Notes under the pieces: model-generated
What the model was told of the DNA's origin: nothing
Database searches by the model: none
The model's input: only the letters and a program-made list of their open reading frames with translations
NCBI RefSeq assembly: GCF_000497125.1
Contig: NC_090597.1
Span: 1,499,797 to 1,563,796, forward strand
Length of the DNA stretch: 64,000 nt
Reading direction: 5' to 3'
Source of the DNA: Spironucleus salmonicida
Taxonomy: Eukaryota
Made by a program: the position numbers and the translations under genes
In this document: piece after piece, positions 42,569-55,621 of the stretch
Numbering within the stretch: position 1 is the first letter of the stretch
Layout: the number at the start of each line of letters is the position of its first letter

Positions 42569-43114
42569 TCATAGGTCGTCCTCGTCATTGACGGGATCCT
42601 CGCTGGGTTCCTCGTCTTCCTCTTTCAGGCCCTCCACAAAAAAGTCGTCAATACCGCGCATTAGGCCCTGGTACACACCGCCGACGACTAGTTCTTGGAT
42701 TCCCTGAAAGTCCTTGCTTTTGCAAATCAGCCTATCGCCGATGAGCTGGTAAAATTTTGTTTCAATTAGTTGCGTCATGATGCCGCTCCCTACCTGGAAA
42801 ACTGCGCTCACAAAATCGTTACTCTGGTCTCTCTCAAGGTCTCTCAAAATTGCACGCACTCCCTCCCCTGGAATATAAATTTCAGCTAACGCTTCAAATT
42901 TAACTTTGAAGGCTGCAACTCCTTAGTGTGTAAGCAAGAGGGGAGCAGGAATCGGCTCTTGGGATGGTTTTATTGATAGGATGCGGCCAAAGCGGTAAGA
43001 TTACTTGTTGTATAGTCGTTTTTAAAGAATTTAGATAAGTGCCTGCTGGTATTATGAATGAAAGTCAGGGGGAGCTAGCTGCACCGTTTCTGTAGCTGTA
43101 ATTTTAAAGAGCAT
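42569..43114 (-). CDS. RNA polymerase subunit, RPB7/RPC8 (Rpb7/C25) family, 181 aa
   Basis: MLFKITATETVQLAPPDF...ILQKRLYNK...FGRILSI...GVAAFKVKFEALAEIYIPGE matches the Rpb7/RPC25 N-terminal pattern. I cannot distinguish Pol II from Pol III by eye. Confidence 0.75.
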
Positions 43115-43165
43115 TGAGAAAAGGTGAATATAATGATTATTATACAAATAAAATAATTATATTTA

Positions 43166-43717
43166 TCATTTAATACCCAGGCTTGATAGCAATTCCTACA
43201 TGCTGTGCTCGCCACTGCTGCTATCTTCTTAAATTTATAAACTATTTATTAGTTCTTCTACTTTGCTATGATATTATTCATGTGATATTTCTAAAAATTT
43301 TGTCTTAACAGTTTCAACAGAAGATACTGATATGATTAACTTTATTTCTTCTAATTCCTTGTATATCTAGTTTATATCAAAATTAATTTCATTAAGTTGA
43401 TTCTCTTAAATTGTTTGTAGGCAATTATTAAAATCATACTGCAAAGATTTATATATAGTTAGTTCTTTTAAAAATTTAATATTTTCTTGCTCACATGTGT
43501 ATTATAAGTCGTAATAATCTAAATCTAAAATTAAAGCAGCTTAAGGGCATAGTGATTTTAGAACAGTATTTCTTTCATCTATTAATATTGATATTTATTA
43601 TTAAATAAAATTTACAACTTCAAGCTACTAAGTTTATTTATAAATTGCAGGTTATTACTTTGGAAATTAGTTTTATATTTTATACGGATTAAAATTCGGA
43701 GACTGAGGAAGATTCAT
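43166..43717 (-). CDS. Hypothetical coiled-coil protein, 183 aa
   Basis: ATG 43717 (MNLPQSPNFNPYK...), ends ...LSSLGIK-TGA at 43166. Confidence 0.6.
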
Positions 43718-43788
43718 TTAAATTTTATAATCTAGAAATAATTATTAAATAATATTTATATATTTACTAAATTAAAAATAATTAATAT

Positions 43789-44214
43789 TCATTAAATTTA
43801 CTATTAAATAAACATCCACGCTCTACTCCACGATAAAGCAGTGAATTTGGAATCTTTAGTAAATTTTCTAACTAGTTCTGCTAATGCCCTTTCACTAAGT
43901 ACTACATTAAGTTGCATACAAAGTAATTCAAATTATGTTTTTGTAAGTTCCCCTAATCTATCGTCGTCAGATGCATAGAATAGTTATTAAATAGGTTCAT
44001 CTGGTTATAAATATGCATAAATTAACTAAGAAAACTCTTATTCTCCAATTTAATAATCATTATTATGCGAAATTATTTTCACAACCTGATTCAAATATTC
44101 TAAATTAGTAATGCCTAAATGACTTTTAAGTACTTATGTGACGTTTTGAACAGAGGCTTTACCATTATTTGAATGTTTAAGGAATAACTATCTAAGAGAC
44201 CCAGGGTCAGACAT
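43789..44214 (-). CDS. Small EF-hand (calmodulin-like) protein, 141 aa
   Basis: LRQLFLKHSNNGKAS...IGEQEF...LFYASDDDRLGELTKTQF...LSERALAELV shows degenerate four-EF-hand spacing. Confidence 0.6.
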
Positions 44215-44251
44215 AATTATAATATTACTATATTATATATAATATTAGGAT

Positions 44252-44551
44252 TCACTATTTCTAATCAACAGTTGATTCAATATTAGAATCTGAATCGCTT
44301 AGGATATAAGGCAATTCAAATGTAGCAGATAACATTCGTTCTTACAAAACAAATGATTTCGCAGTAGATATATTTTTTTCTTAAACTAGTGGTACTTTAC
44401 AATATTCATTATTGTAAAAATATTCACTTTCAGTTTATTATGAAGAACTTGAAACTGATGTTATATCTAAATTTTAAACATCATCATTGAGCTTTAAAAT
44501 TTCATAATTTTTTGCATCCTTCAGCATACTCTCTATACAACATGAGCCCAT
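44252..44551 (-). CDS. Small protein with N-terminal MGSCC acylation-like motif, 99 aa
   Basis: ATG GGC TCA TGT TGT, open to TAG-TGA (AGTGA context) at 44252. Confidence 0.6.
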
Positions 44552-44709
44552 TTATTTAAAAATAATTAATATTATTATAATAGGTATATAAAATTACAGT
44601 ACATTTATCAAAAAATAAATAAATCATAAAATCATAAATGTTGTTATAATATAATAAATCTAATAATAAACTAGATAATTTCCACAATAAAATACACAAA
44701 GTAATCCAA

Positions 44710-45591
44710 TCATAGTTTTCTAGCAGTCCCAGTGAATTTTGTTTAGTCTTTAGCCGCTTTTTATTATATTTTAGCCTCCTTCTTATCACCTTTAGAAGCA
44801 CCAGCTGGCGGTTAAGCTGGTACATCGCCATTCAACGTCTAAAATTCGTGTGGCTTTTATTATTGCTATTATTGCTATTATTGCTATTAGCCACCCATAG
44901 GATTTCCAGCTGGAGGAGCCTAGATTTCTCTTAGCTAACCAAACAGTTTACTAGGGAATACTAAAGCTACTATCACTGCACTTAAAGTGTACCATATTCC
45001 CTACCAAGGAGGATAGAGCATCAATTGGCACATAACAACCAAAATTATTAAGTAAAGCCAAATTGGCAAATTACAGCAGCAGCAACAAAGAACATTCTTT
45101 CTTTCATTGATTCTGGCCTCGAAAAAGGTGAGCAAAATGATGAGCGTTGTCGGCCCAACTGCTGCTGTATCAAACCAAAAATCGTGAAAATATGACCAGT
45201 AATTGATTCCCGGCACGAGGCCAAAAAACGCTGCGAAGCAAATTCCGATGAGCGAAACTGCAAGCAAACTCCCCAAAATGATGCTAACAAATCGCAACGG
45301 AGCGAGTCTGAGTTCGAGCTGGGAACCAGTAAAAAACACCATCATCCCGACGAAAAGGGTGTTCCAAAGTGACGGGCAGATGAAGTGCGTAGTCAAAAGA
45401 CGCCAAAGCTCAAATTTGATTATGGTGCTGTTTGGATTTAGTGACAGATATGCCGCCACGCTGCCAAAACGGCCATAAACAGCTAAATCGACGATGGACG
45501 TAATTAGTGACACAGTGCATATAAATAGTGTACTATAAATTGTAATTTTAGGGCCTGTCTTCCAGCAAGTCCGACAATTTAGAGGCTGCAT
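44710..45591 (-). CDS. Rhomboid-superfamily (RHBDD/Derlin-like) membrane protein, 293 aa
   Basis: FELWRLLTTHF (WR motif), ELRL, several TM segments, a poly-Q tail and C-terminal FTGTARKL. TGA at 44710. Confidence 0.8.
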
Positions 45592-45712
45592 TATAAAGGT
45601 AGATTTAATTGAAAGTATATTTAATGTATGGTAATGTAAAATGTGTAGACTCGAAACATAGTATATCTTATAATATGTATAATAATAAAATTATAGATTA
45701 ACACATATTAGT

Positions 45713-47869
45713 TCACTTATATCTATTATTACTATAATTACTTGGTTTTGTTTAAACTGTTGATTTTTTAATAGCATTCGTTATCGATTTGCTCCGATTA
45801 TTGTTCTGTAGAACTTAAAACACATCAACTCTTTATGGAGGTTAAGGCATTTAATTTTAATTTTGTGCCCGCTGCCCAATTCTTATGATAGTTTCTGTCA
45901 AATCCCTTATTCCAAATTTTAACATTGCCCTGAGCTTTGAGTTTAAATCCTGTTCGACTGTTTTTTCAATTTTCTCATTTCTCAATGCCCCCTGTGGCAG
46001 TAATACTGGGCCATGAACGCCTCTGAATGCTATTTATTTTGTATCAATTCCATATTCAATCTCATAAAGGGCTTTTCGTAAAATAGCTTACATTGGATCC
46101 TCTTTTTCGATTTCTATAGGTTTTTCCTTAAATGATTCCTCAACTTCTGACTAGACAACAGATGAGCCTTACGAAGTTTATGATGGTATTCGCTATTTGA
46201 CTGATTATGGCCTAGATGATTGCGATGCTGGTCGCGAGCTTGGTTCTACAGACTAAATTATAGTTCGCGATTATACATTTGATAATTATTATGTCCTTGA
46301 TCCAATTCCCCTTGGAAGTACTTTTTCCAACATCTAAGCAGATTATTTTCGCACTAATGGTTGGCGAGCTATTGAACTTGGTTAATGCTACTAATCTTAT
46401 TAATTGCCCTTTGGATACTTTATTTTATAAATTATTGCTTCATATGGGTCTTTGAAATTAATAGGGGGAGGATAAATTTGTTTAAATGTATCCTAATTTT
46501 TCTGTAAAAATTAGAATATGTGTTATTAAACTGATGAGTAAGTAGGCATTTATTTAATAGTTTTTAGTCCAGTGGATTTTTTAGTAATCTTTGATTTTGG
46601 TTTTGATTCAGCTTGCTGTGCCTTAATTTTGTCATGCTGTTTACCATATAATCGTTTCATACTATTAACTTTTTCGATTTTTTAGAAAAGTATTTTATCA
46701 TCTTATTGTATATCTAACATATCTAGAACTCCTGAAATCAGATTTTACTTGATTCTTAAATCCAAGGGCGTGTCACATCTAAAGCTAGGTGAGTGATTTA
46801 CTTCAATGAGTATAGGATTGTTATTTTGGTCAATCATAATATCAAACCCTAAAATTTCAAAACATGAACTACCAAAATACGGCTCTTAATTATCATATGG
46901 ATTTTAATCACCAAATCTGGGTTATGTAGGTCTAGCCGAAGAGTATGCATGTTAAAGGTTTGGTAATATACCTATTACCGTTTTAATCATAACGGCAAAC
47001 ATTTTTTCCTTAAAAACTTGAACATCTATTCCATCTTCTTCCATTTTTTACCAAATTGCAGATAATCCCCATTTTGAACCCGCATCATCTACTTCTTCGT
47101 CGTCATTAAATTCAAAATTATCATTATTTTTATTGATAGCATAATTTGTTAGATGCATGAATGCTTTCTTCAGATTTTTAGAATTCGGCTCCTGGTAAGG
47201 CTCTGTACAAAATCTAGCCATACCATCTTCATAATAAATCATCTATAAAGTAGGAACTACTTATATGACAATAACATATGTTCTAAGATCAAATTTAATG
47301 CCATTAATTAAATAAGGTTTTGTAATGTATTCTTATATTACTTGTGGTTCTGAAAGATCTACATTTTCAATATTTCTAAATAGCTTTATACCTCTCCCTT
47401 AACATGATGCATTGGGCTTTGAGATAAAAACCATCTTTTTGTCTTTTTTCTATTAATGATAAAACTTAAAGTCTGTAACATCTGAAGGGATCTAAAATGA
47501 CTATGGGAAGAAATCATAATCATCAGGACATAGCTTTCTAGCTCTATTCATGTTTCTAGCTAATGTATCTTTTCTGGTAATTTCTGACATTCCAGGATAG
47601 TGATTTATTTTTTGATATGCCTTCATCCTCATAACTCTCTCAACCAAAATCGACCAGTCATTCCAACACAGATTCCAATCGTCAGCTTCAGTACACTCTT
47701 TCCATTTTCGTTCTTCGGAAAGATCATGTACAACTGTATATTTGCACTACTCTAAACATGCACGGACTCTATATTTCTTAAGAACTTTCTATACAACTTA
47801 AGTTTCTTACTGATGTAGTCTCACTTTATCTACATGATTATCATTTGAATATTCACCCAATTCTTCCAT
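45713..47869 (-). CDS. Tubulin polyglutamylase, TTLL6/13-like, 718 aa
   Basis: WNLCWND...[22 protein letters not shown]...[35 protein letters not shown]...[20 protein letters not shown]...[10 protein letters not shown]. Confidence 0.93.
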
Positions 47870-47977
47870 TAAAATTCCTCTTTTGTTAAAGTATAATATA
47901 TAATATTTATTTTAGCAAAAACTTTATTAAATTTTCAAATCATATTTAAAATTAATCTTTTCTTAACCCGTTCCTAT

Positions 47978-49393
47978 ATGCCGCGTGAAGAGTCATCTGA
48001 ATTTTCTTCGTCTTCATCTATTTAATAAGAACAAATTGAAAACGATAACGACATCGAAAACTATAAGGAAGCTGATCTGAATGCCCTGAATTAACTCTAA
48101 GTAGACGAACAAGAAACTCAGGATAAAACTTACATTCCTCAAGCAGGCCAGCAAGATCTAGAGGCTAATCCCGAAGCCTACGATTGTCTCCTCAAATTCG
48201 ACATCGATTGGCCTATTCTATCACTGGATTTCGTCAATTTATATACTGCCACTCCCACCAGTGACCCACAGCTTATTTTCCTCGGTGGATCATAAACTGA
48301 CGGCTCCGAAAAGCCACAAATCTCTCTATTTTCTATCCAAAACTTTACCTCCTACTCCCCAGAAACAGACCCAGAAGCAGAACTAGAAACTTTTGATGTA
48401 GAGCCAATCTTCCAAAGACGTGTTTTCGACGTCAAATCCAACGTTACACGAGTAAAATCTAATACATAGTTCCTACAGAACCGCTATACAACCGGAAATG
48501 CAGCCGTTTTTGCATTCTGGCAGGATAACGGTCAGCTAACATTCTAATCATAGGCCTCTAATCTGAAATCACTGGGTTGCTTGACTACCACACTTGGTGA
48601 CTTCAACTCGCCGCAAACATCGTTTTTGCAGCAGGAACGTTGCTGGTGTGGGTTCCATTCCCAGAACAGCCAAAAAAGTCAAGTTTTCAACTACAACAAC
48701 GCGGGCTACGGCATAGATTTTCATAGTTTACAGTCGCTTGCGATAGCAGGAAACTCAGATAACATTTTGAACGCCTTCCAGATTCAGCAGGACGGAAAAG
48801 TTATTTAGGATGCAACAAATTTCAGCAAATTCGCGTAAAATTCGAGCATCGAGGACGTGAAATTCGCTCATACGGGTCAGTTTCTTATAAATGCCGTCTT
48901 CGGTGCCTGCAGTACCAGCGGCGAGTTCCAGCTGATCGACCCGAGGGCGAGCTCTGCGGGGCTTGTTTTCAAGGCCTCCGGCGTGGACGTGAACGTTTTC
49001 GACTTCGATTACGCGAACGAAAATCTGGTCTATTTAGGCGACGAAAATGGCGTCGTGAGGGTGTTCGACGTTCGAAATCCGACAGAGGCCATAAGCGAAA
49101 TCAAGTACCACAACGGGCCGATTACTTCTCTGAAGTCGTCTCCCTGCACAGAGGGCCTCATCGCGTGCAGCGATGACAATGGGGCCGTCGTTTTTTGGTA
49201 AATGGACGCGGAGGACGACGAGGAGGCCCTGATTCTGAAGTAGTAGGGCCTACCGAAAGAGTTCCTGTTCCTGCATTTGGGCGTTGAGGAGCCCAGGGAA
49301 ATCAGCTGGTGTGGCTCCCACGAGGGCTACTTAGCGATTGCAGAGATGAACGGTATCTAGCTAATTAGACCCATAAACCTGGTACCTGAGTGA
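47978..49393 (+). CDS. GRWD1: Glutamate-rich WD40 protein GRWD1/Rrb1-like (ribosome assembly), 471 aa
   Basis: Acidic N-terminus, LEANPEAYDCLLKFDIDWPILSLDFV, SIEDVKF, WD repeats, and C-terminal LPKEFLFLHLG...REISW. Confidence 0.85.
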
Positions 49394-49406
49394 AAAATGC
49401 AGGAAG

Positions 49407-49913
49407 TCACTTAAACTTTATTTTGGAATCTAACTTTGTCAGGAAGCTTCGCGTCCGATTCGGCGAAAATCGATCCGAATTATTAAATTTAACTGCAATT
49501 TTGGTAGGAGAAATTGCAGCTCTATGGTAACGTTAGGGGTCTACAATTGGGTTTATATATTTATTTTTTAGGAACAAATTTTCGTTGTTTTTGAAGCGCT
49601 CGGATATCGCCAGGTTTTTTGTGAGAGTTCCATGGTCACTAATAAGCTTTCTCGATTTCTCATGATCATAAAATTAGTCGATTTGGTCATTTTAGAATTT
49701 TGATAGAGTGATGATTCGATTTGAGTTGTTGATTGTGAGGTCTAATTAACTATGTGGCCTGATTTATGTAGGGCGCTAATAAGTGTTTGAGCCGGGGGTG
49801 TCTGGAAGAATAAATTTAAGGCGTGCTTCAGTCTAGTCATATAAGACTTAAGGTGAACGCCCCTTTAAAATAGGAATAGATGATCTCATATGAGATGAAA
49901 TCGAATGCGGCAT
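49407..49913 (-). CDS. Hypothetical basic protein with one SHIPPO-like motif, 168 aa
   Basis: ATG 49913 (MPHSISSHMRSSIPILKGR...), contains DTPGSNTY, ends KIKFK-TGA at 49407. Confidence 0.6.
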
Positions 49914-50013
49914 ATTTTGAAATCATTATATTATTTAATTTAACAGATTGAGTTTCCTGTTCTGTATATATGATAATATTATACTTTTAATGATATTGTT
50001 TTTCTATTATCTA

Positions 50014-50562
50014 ATGCGAGATTAATACAATAACGTAAGATTAATATATACACATGAGTCTCGGACAAGTTATATCCCGAGATCTCTTACTCCGGGCCCT
50101 GCTTCCTATAAAATATAGACACATAATCTTAGTTAAGGTGTAAAATTTGGTCGTGGTTATTAGCTTGATGAAGATGTTAAAGAGAGGACATTCAAGGAAA
50201 CATAAAAATTAATCTCATCACGTACCCCAGGTCCTCAAGATTACTAAAATTTTACAGTTACTTCTCATGTGGATGGACCTTAGATTAAAATAAAGTAAAA
50301 GTATCCTACCAAATATGCAAAATCCCCAGGCCCATGTGAGTATTCGCCCAAAATATAGGTGAAATCAGAACGTGATATCCGTATAGGTATTAGACTATAA
50401 GAAATACGCAACCAAAAAATTTCACCTGGGCCTGCCGCATATTTTAATGACTATTTAGATAGAGCCAAACCAGCTAGCCCTGGGTTTAAAATATCAGCAA
50501 ATGGAGGTCAAATAGATAGATAATAAAGAAGGGTTATACCTATTTAAATGAATGTGAAATGA
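50014..50562 (+). CDS. SHIPPO-repeat (ODF3/H-SHIPPO-like) flagellar protein, 182 aa
   Basis: Four PGP repeats: TPGPASY, TPGPQDY, SPGPCEY, SPGPAAY. The start could be 49990. Confidence 0.85.
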
Positions 50563-50671
50563 GTAACATATCTTTATTGTAAATATTGATTATATACTAT
50601 ATATTAAGTTTGCTTATATAAATAAATATCTAGTTACTATTTTATATAATTATTTATTTTAAATAAATTGA

Positions 50672-52582
50672 ATGTCGATCTGGGAATAAAGGCGCAAAGA
50701 ACGCGAATAATAAAAATAGACAGTATCAAATGCCCCAACTTCTCAATCAAAGAATGTAAAGTAGTTTCCTTAGCCAAAAGCAGGACCAACAATTGCAAAA
50801 GGAAATGTACCAAAGCCGTAAACCTCTCAAATAGCGCCTCCTAATATAGTTTCTACATCAGCAATTAAAAATTTAGTTGCTAAACCTATTTCTGATGAAT
50901 ATGGAGGAGCTATGAATTTATAGGATATGTAGAATGAAAAGCTAAGTTTCAGCTAATTCTAAGAGTAGAAGAATGACGTTCAAAGGTAAATGACTTAATA
51001 AGGTTATTAAAATCAACAACAGGGTTAATAATAATAGTAATAATAGCATTGTTAATAGCCTATAACTCAATAATTTGAAGATCCTAGAGCCTAATAAATT
51101 GATAAAATGAATTAACTAGGTAACAAGGAATTCAATATCGGGGGCAACGAACAGCCAAGAAGATAACATATTTAAGCGGATGAACCTTAGTAATTAAATT
51201 AAATTTCTACTAGGCAGCAATAAATTGACAAAATGAACTAAGGGTAATAACAAGGGTTCTCAATGCCAGGAGAAAGAAGCTAACAGTAACGTTTACCATA
51301 ATAAATTCAACAATCACCTTAGTAAGGCTATCCACAACAAGAACACCATGCAGGGCCTAAAATGGTTCAATAAAGAGCTAAGAAACCATCAGAAATGTCA
51401 AAGCAAGAATATGAAGAATATGAAGCTTAACTTTAAAAGAAACACCACTATACCCTCATTCAGAAAGTTCTATATGATAAAAGTGTTACTACGTTCGATA
51501 AAATGGATTGTGAAGGCTTGCGAAAAGTTGATAAGGAATTTGCTAGACTATATGATGCAGAATTCAACAAAAAGGAAGCTGTTTTAAGAGAGCAGTAGAT
51601 TGAGATTGATGAACAAAATCGCAAAAAAGAATATGAAAAACAGCAAGATCTATTCCTGTAGCAGTAATAGAGTCAATAAATTAGCTATCAATAACCACAA
51701 TACGCCACCAAGTAATAGACATTTTCACCCCCATAGGCCGAGTTCGATCATTACCAAAGAGCATATTAAAATTAAAATTAATTTTCAACCGCTCCACCTC
51801 CTCAACAAATCCAACACGAACTAGACGACCTCAGAAAAGAGGTTATTATGCTTCGCTAAAAACTACAAAATGCCGAATATTCTGTAGGAAAATATGAAAA
51901 ATAGATAACAGAGCTTAGTAACGAGCTTCAAGATGAGCGTCATCAGCGTATATAGGCCAATAAAGCTGTTGATGATGCCTAGAGAGATATGGTGATTCTC
52001 AGAGACGAATTGTAGACTTTTCAGCTTTAAGTTTAGCAGTTCCAAAAAATCGACTCCGAGTAGTAAAAAATGTAGAAGGTGATTGATTTTGCTTAGGAAA
52101 GTTATAAGCCTTCGGAAAAGAAGCTCACTGTTGCGGATAAGCTACTTTCTAATGCTAATGCGGTACTCGACAAATATCAAGATTTGGGCGGAACTTTCAA
52201 AGAAACTACTTCTCTTAAAGCAGAATTTCATACAATACATGCAGATGAGGATTCACCATTACCAGTCTCACGCTACAACTATTAGCAGACTATTGAGACA
52301 AAGAACTCAGTTATTCCATCTTCCTAAAATATGCTTAGAAACGATAACGACTTGATGTCAACTGACGAAATGAACCTGCCTCCAGTAAGTATCCCAATGG
52401 CGATAATGGATAATATTCATGACGTAGAAAGCAGAGAAACGAATGGAAGGGATATTAGGAGCCAATAGAGTATGTTCAATACGAATAATTTGAACAGTAT
52501 GCTGCCATCAAGTAATTACAATAGTGAGGACGTCGTAAGGAAGTATGCTGGCCTTCCGAGGCCCAGTAGCGGTTAAAAGTGA
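50672..52582 (+). CDS. Gln/Pro-rich coiled-coil protein, 636 aa
   Basis: ATG 50672 (MSIWEQRRKEREQQKQ...), long Q tracts made of TAA/TAG/CAA/CAG, ends RPSSGQK-TGA. Confidence 0.75.
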
Positions 52583-52591
52583 GGAAATTCG

Positions 52592-55500
52592 TCAGTATGA
52601 GTTGCTAACAACTTTCATGAACACGCTCTCCAGACTCGTCTGGTTTAGACCCCAATCGCTAATACCGCTATCTGGATTCTTCATTAATGTCTCCATTTCT
52701 CCAAAAATCATGCTAACTTTGAGCTCTGGTGGCACTGCGTACACCATCTGGCCCTAATAACAACTAGTTAAAATAAGACCCCGGGATACATCCAAGATCT
52801 TACTATGGACCTGCTACTCCAAATCGCTCGAAAGGTATACAGAGCCAACGTAGACACCCTGCTGAGAAGGCTATAATTTATCTTTATTTGCACAAATTCT
52901 TAGCTAGTATCCAGTTCCGAACTTATGTTGAAGATGTTGCTAAGCTCCAATCGAACGGATTTTGCCTTCTGCCATAATAGCGATTCGTGTAGAGAGGCAT
53001 TCTGCCTCCTCCATGGCGTGTGTTGTAAGTAGAATCGCGCGCCCTGTTCTCGCTTTTAATATTACATTCCAAAGCTGTCGACGTGTCGATACATCTAGTC
53101 CAGAAGAAGGTTCATCGAAAATAAGCACTTTTGGCCGATTGCACAGTGCAATTGCAATTGATAACCGACGTTTCATCCCTCCCGAAAGTTTTTTGGATGC
53201 CTTATTTGAATATTATGTAAGTTCAACGGCATCAAGGAGATCAGAAATATGCTCAGATTCAATTTTGCTGTCGGTACCTTTAATTTTCGCATAGAACTGT
53301 AAATGTTGTCTAATAGACATAGTGGGATATAAAATATCAAACTATGGGCAGATTCCCAAGTTATCTTAAATTTGTTATTTTTAACTGCTATCAGTAATTG
53401 ATGAACCACAAACATAAGCTGTTCCAGAAGTTGGTTTAAAAAGCATTGAAATCATGTTAATTTAAGTAGTTTTCCCACACCCATTACCACCGAGTAGGCA
53501 AAGGCACTCGTTTTCACCAACAACATAATATATACCTTTAACAGCGTGCTTTGCAGCTGTTTAACGCGTTCCAGGGAATGTTTTCTTTAAATTTACTAGC
53601 TTAACAAGAGCTTTAGTTCCGTTTGATGCTATATTTTATTCCACCAATTTTTTCTCGTTGGCCAAATCTGGATCATTAGAAGATAACTTGTTTCTTGCGT
53701 TTATAGCCTTTTAGATATTTTTGGTTTGAGACTAATCAGATGTTGATCTCATATCTTTTGTCTCCGACTTTCCTCTTAGATAGTCGAAAGTGGTTGAACC
53801 GCCTGATTTTTCGATTTCTGAATCCTCATCTTCAACTTAATCATCTTTTCTGTTTTTAATAAGGAATGTATCAACTTCTTTTTATGATACTAAAAGCACC
53901 TTAGGATTGATAAATATCTAACCAATAGCCCAGAAACCCTTTCTGAATGATATCTCTTATGGCAGAATATTATTTTTGACGCATGCTCGAACATAAACAT
54001 GATATAAGAAGAACATTGGATGCTCTGGTATTCCGTTTTTTCTAGGGGTTATTTTGTCTAAATAAATTGATATTCCTTAATATAAAAACAATACCAAATA
54101 AGAAATTAACAAACTGATCGCCATATTATAACCAGCTTGTTAACTTAATGAAGGGTTCTATGAATGCAAAAATGAAATTTGGTCGTTTGTTAGGAAATTC
54201 TCCGATTTTTAAGTAACTATCAATTAGCTCATAAGAATAACTTGTACAACTGGACCAAAGCCAGGTACAAGACTCAACCAAGGATTGACTAGATTATCTG
54301 GATCATCTGAATCATACGATTAACTGACTAACATGAAACCACCTGCAGAAAATGCAAGAATTATAATAATAGCAACAATACTAGAAAGTCTACCAGAATC
54401 AGTGACACTAGCAATTAATTGACTTAAAATTGGAACATTAAGAATAAAAAGGATAAAACAGAAAAACCAACCAACGGGAGAGTTTGATGTAATTAATTCC
54501 ATTTTAGTTCCACCATAAATAGCTGTAATAATTATTCCTAAAACAAATGCAACTATAAGGGCAAAAGTAAAATCGGCATAAAATCTAGGATAATAACGCA
54601 ACCCCATCATCTGTTAAAGTGAAATAAGACCGTCTCCTTTTTCTTGACTAAATTAAAATGCAAAAATAGGAATAAGTAGATAAAACGATAATGGTAAAAG
54701 GAAGCATTAAAATATTGGTGTTGACGGATCAGCCCCAGAATCCTAAGTAGTTGCCCAAAATTATTTATAATAGCCAAATACAGTAGGAGGGCTGATTGTG
54801 TTAGCCGGATTAAAGTGAAAGCGCAAAGTATTTTAAAACATTGCATATTGAGTACCACAATACCTTTAAAAATTAGTAACGCCATAACCTAAAGAAGTTT
54901 AATGTGATGTATATCCGGAAATATAATAATTATTTACTACTTTATTAGTGTTAGTAAAAGCAGTATAGAAAATACCCGTAGAATACATATCCGTTTCTTA
55001 ATACATGGATACAGTATTGGTATGATTAAACCAATCAGATGGAGGTGGGGAGGAAGGTGTTGGTTAAATAGATGCTTTCATATATCCTTCCATGATACTA
55101 ACTACAGCCTTAGCTTGATAAGCAGCATAGTCCTCATATCCGGTTGTTTTAACTGTGAAATAAGGATACCAATAAAGAGACTAATAACTAGCTGCATTTT
55201 AAATATTTGGCAGTGGAGCTTTTTAATATCTTAACTAATTTATATTTTAGCCTTACCAAAGAAGATTAAAGCCTGCGAGATATCCAGTACAAACTGTAGT
55301 ATTAGTACAAGTCCCTAGAGTTTTTTCATTAGCTATCGATGCAAAAATATTAAAATTAATATTTGCAGGGCTACCTTCAACGGGGAACTTCAGCACATCA
55401 TTACTAGTAACAGAAGTAGATGGTTTATAGTTAGCAACATAAAATCCATGAAGATAACCTAATACACTAGATAGTATAATTACAACAACAAATATTGAAA

Positions 55501-55621
55501 GCATTCCAACAAATGACTAGTAAAGTAGAGTAAAATTCTTTAGTAAAACTGCCAAAAACTAACGAGGTTTAGGAGATGGGAAATTAAATGATGGTTCCAA
55601 TGTTCGTTATACTTTAGACAT
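52592..55621 (-). CDS. ABC transporter, ABCA-type half transporter, 1009 aa
   Basis: N-terminal TM, large loop and TM bundle; Walker A LLGGNGCGKTT; GICPQFDILYPT; SGGMKRRLSIAIAL; DEPSSGLD; ILLTTHAMEEAE; C-terminal SLESVFMKV. Confidence 0.93.

Noticed and set aside
50940-51800. TAA/TAG/CAA-rich repetitive tracts as a non-coding repeat or CRISPR-like array
   Set aside because: They are in-frame poly-Gln coding sequence, and I saw no regularly spaced direct repeats in the window.
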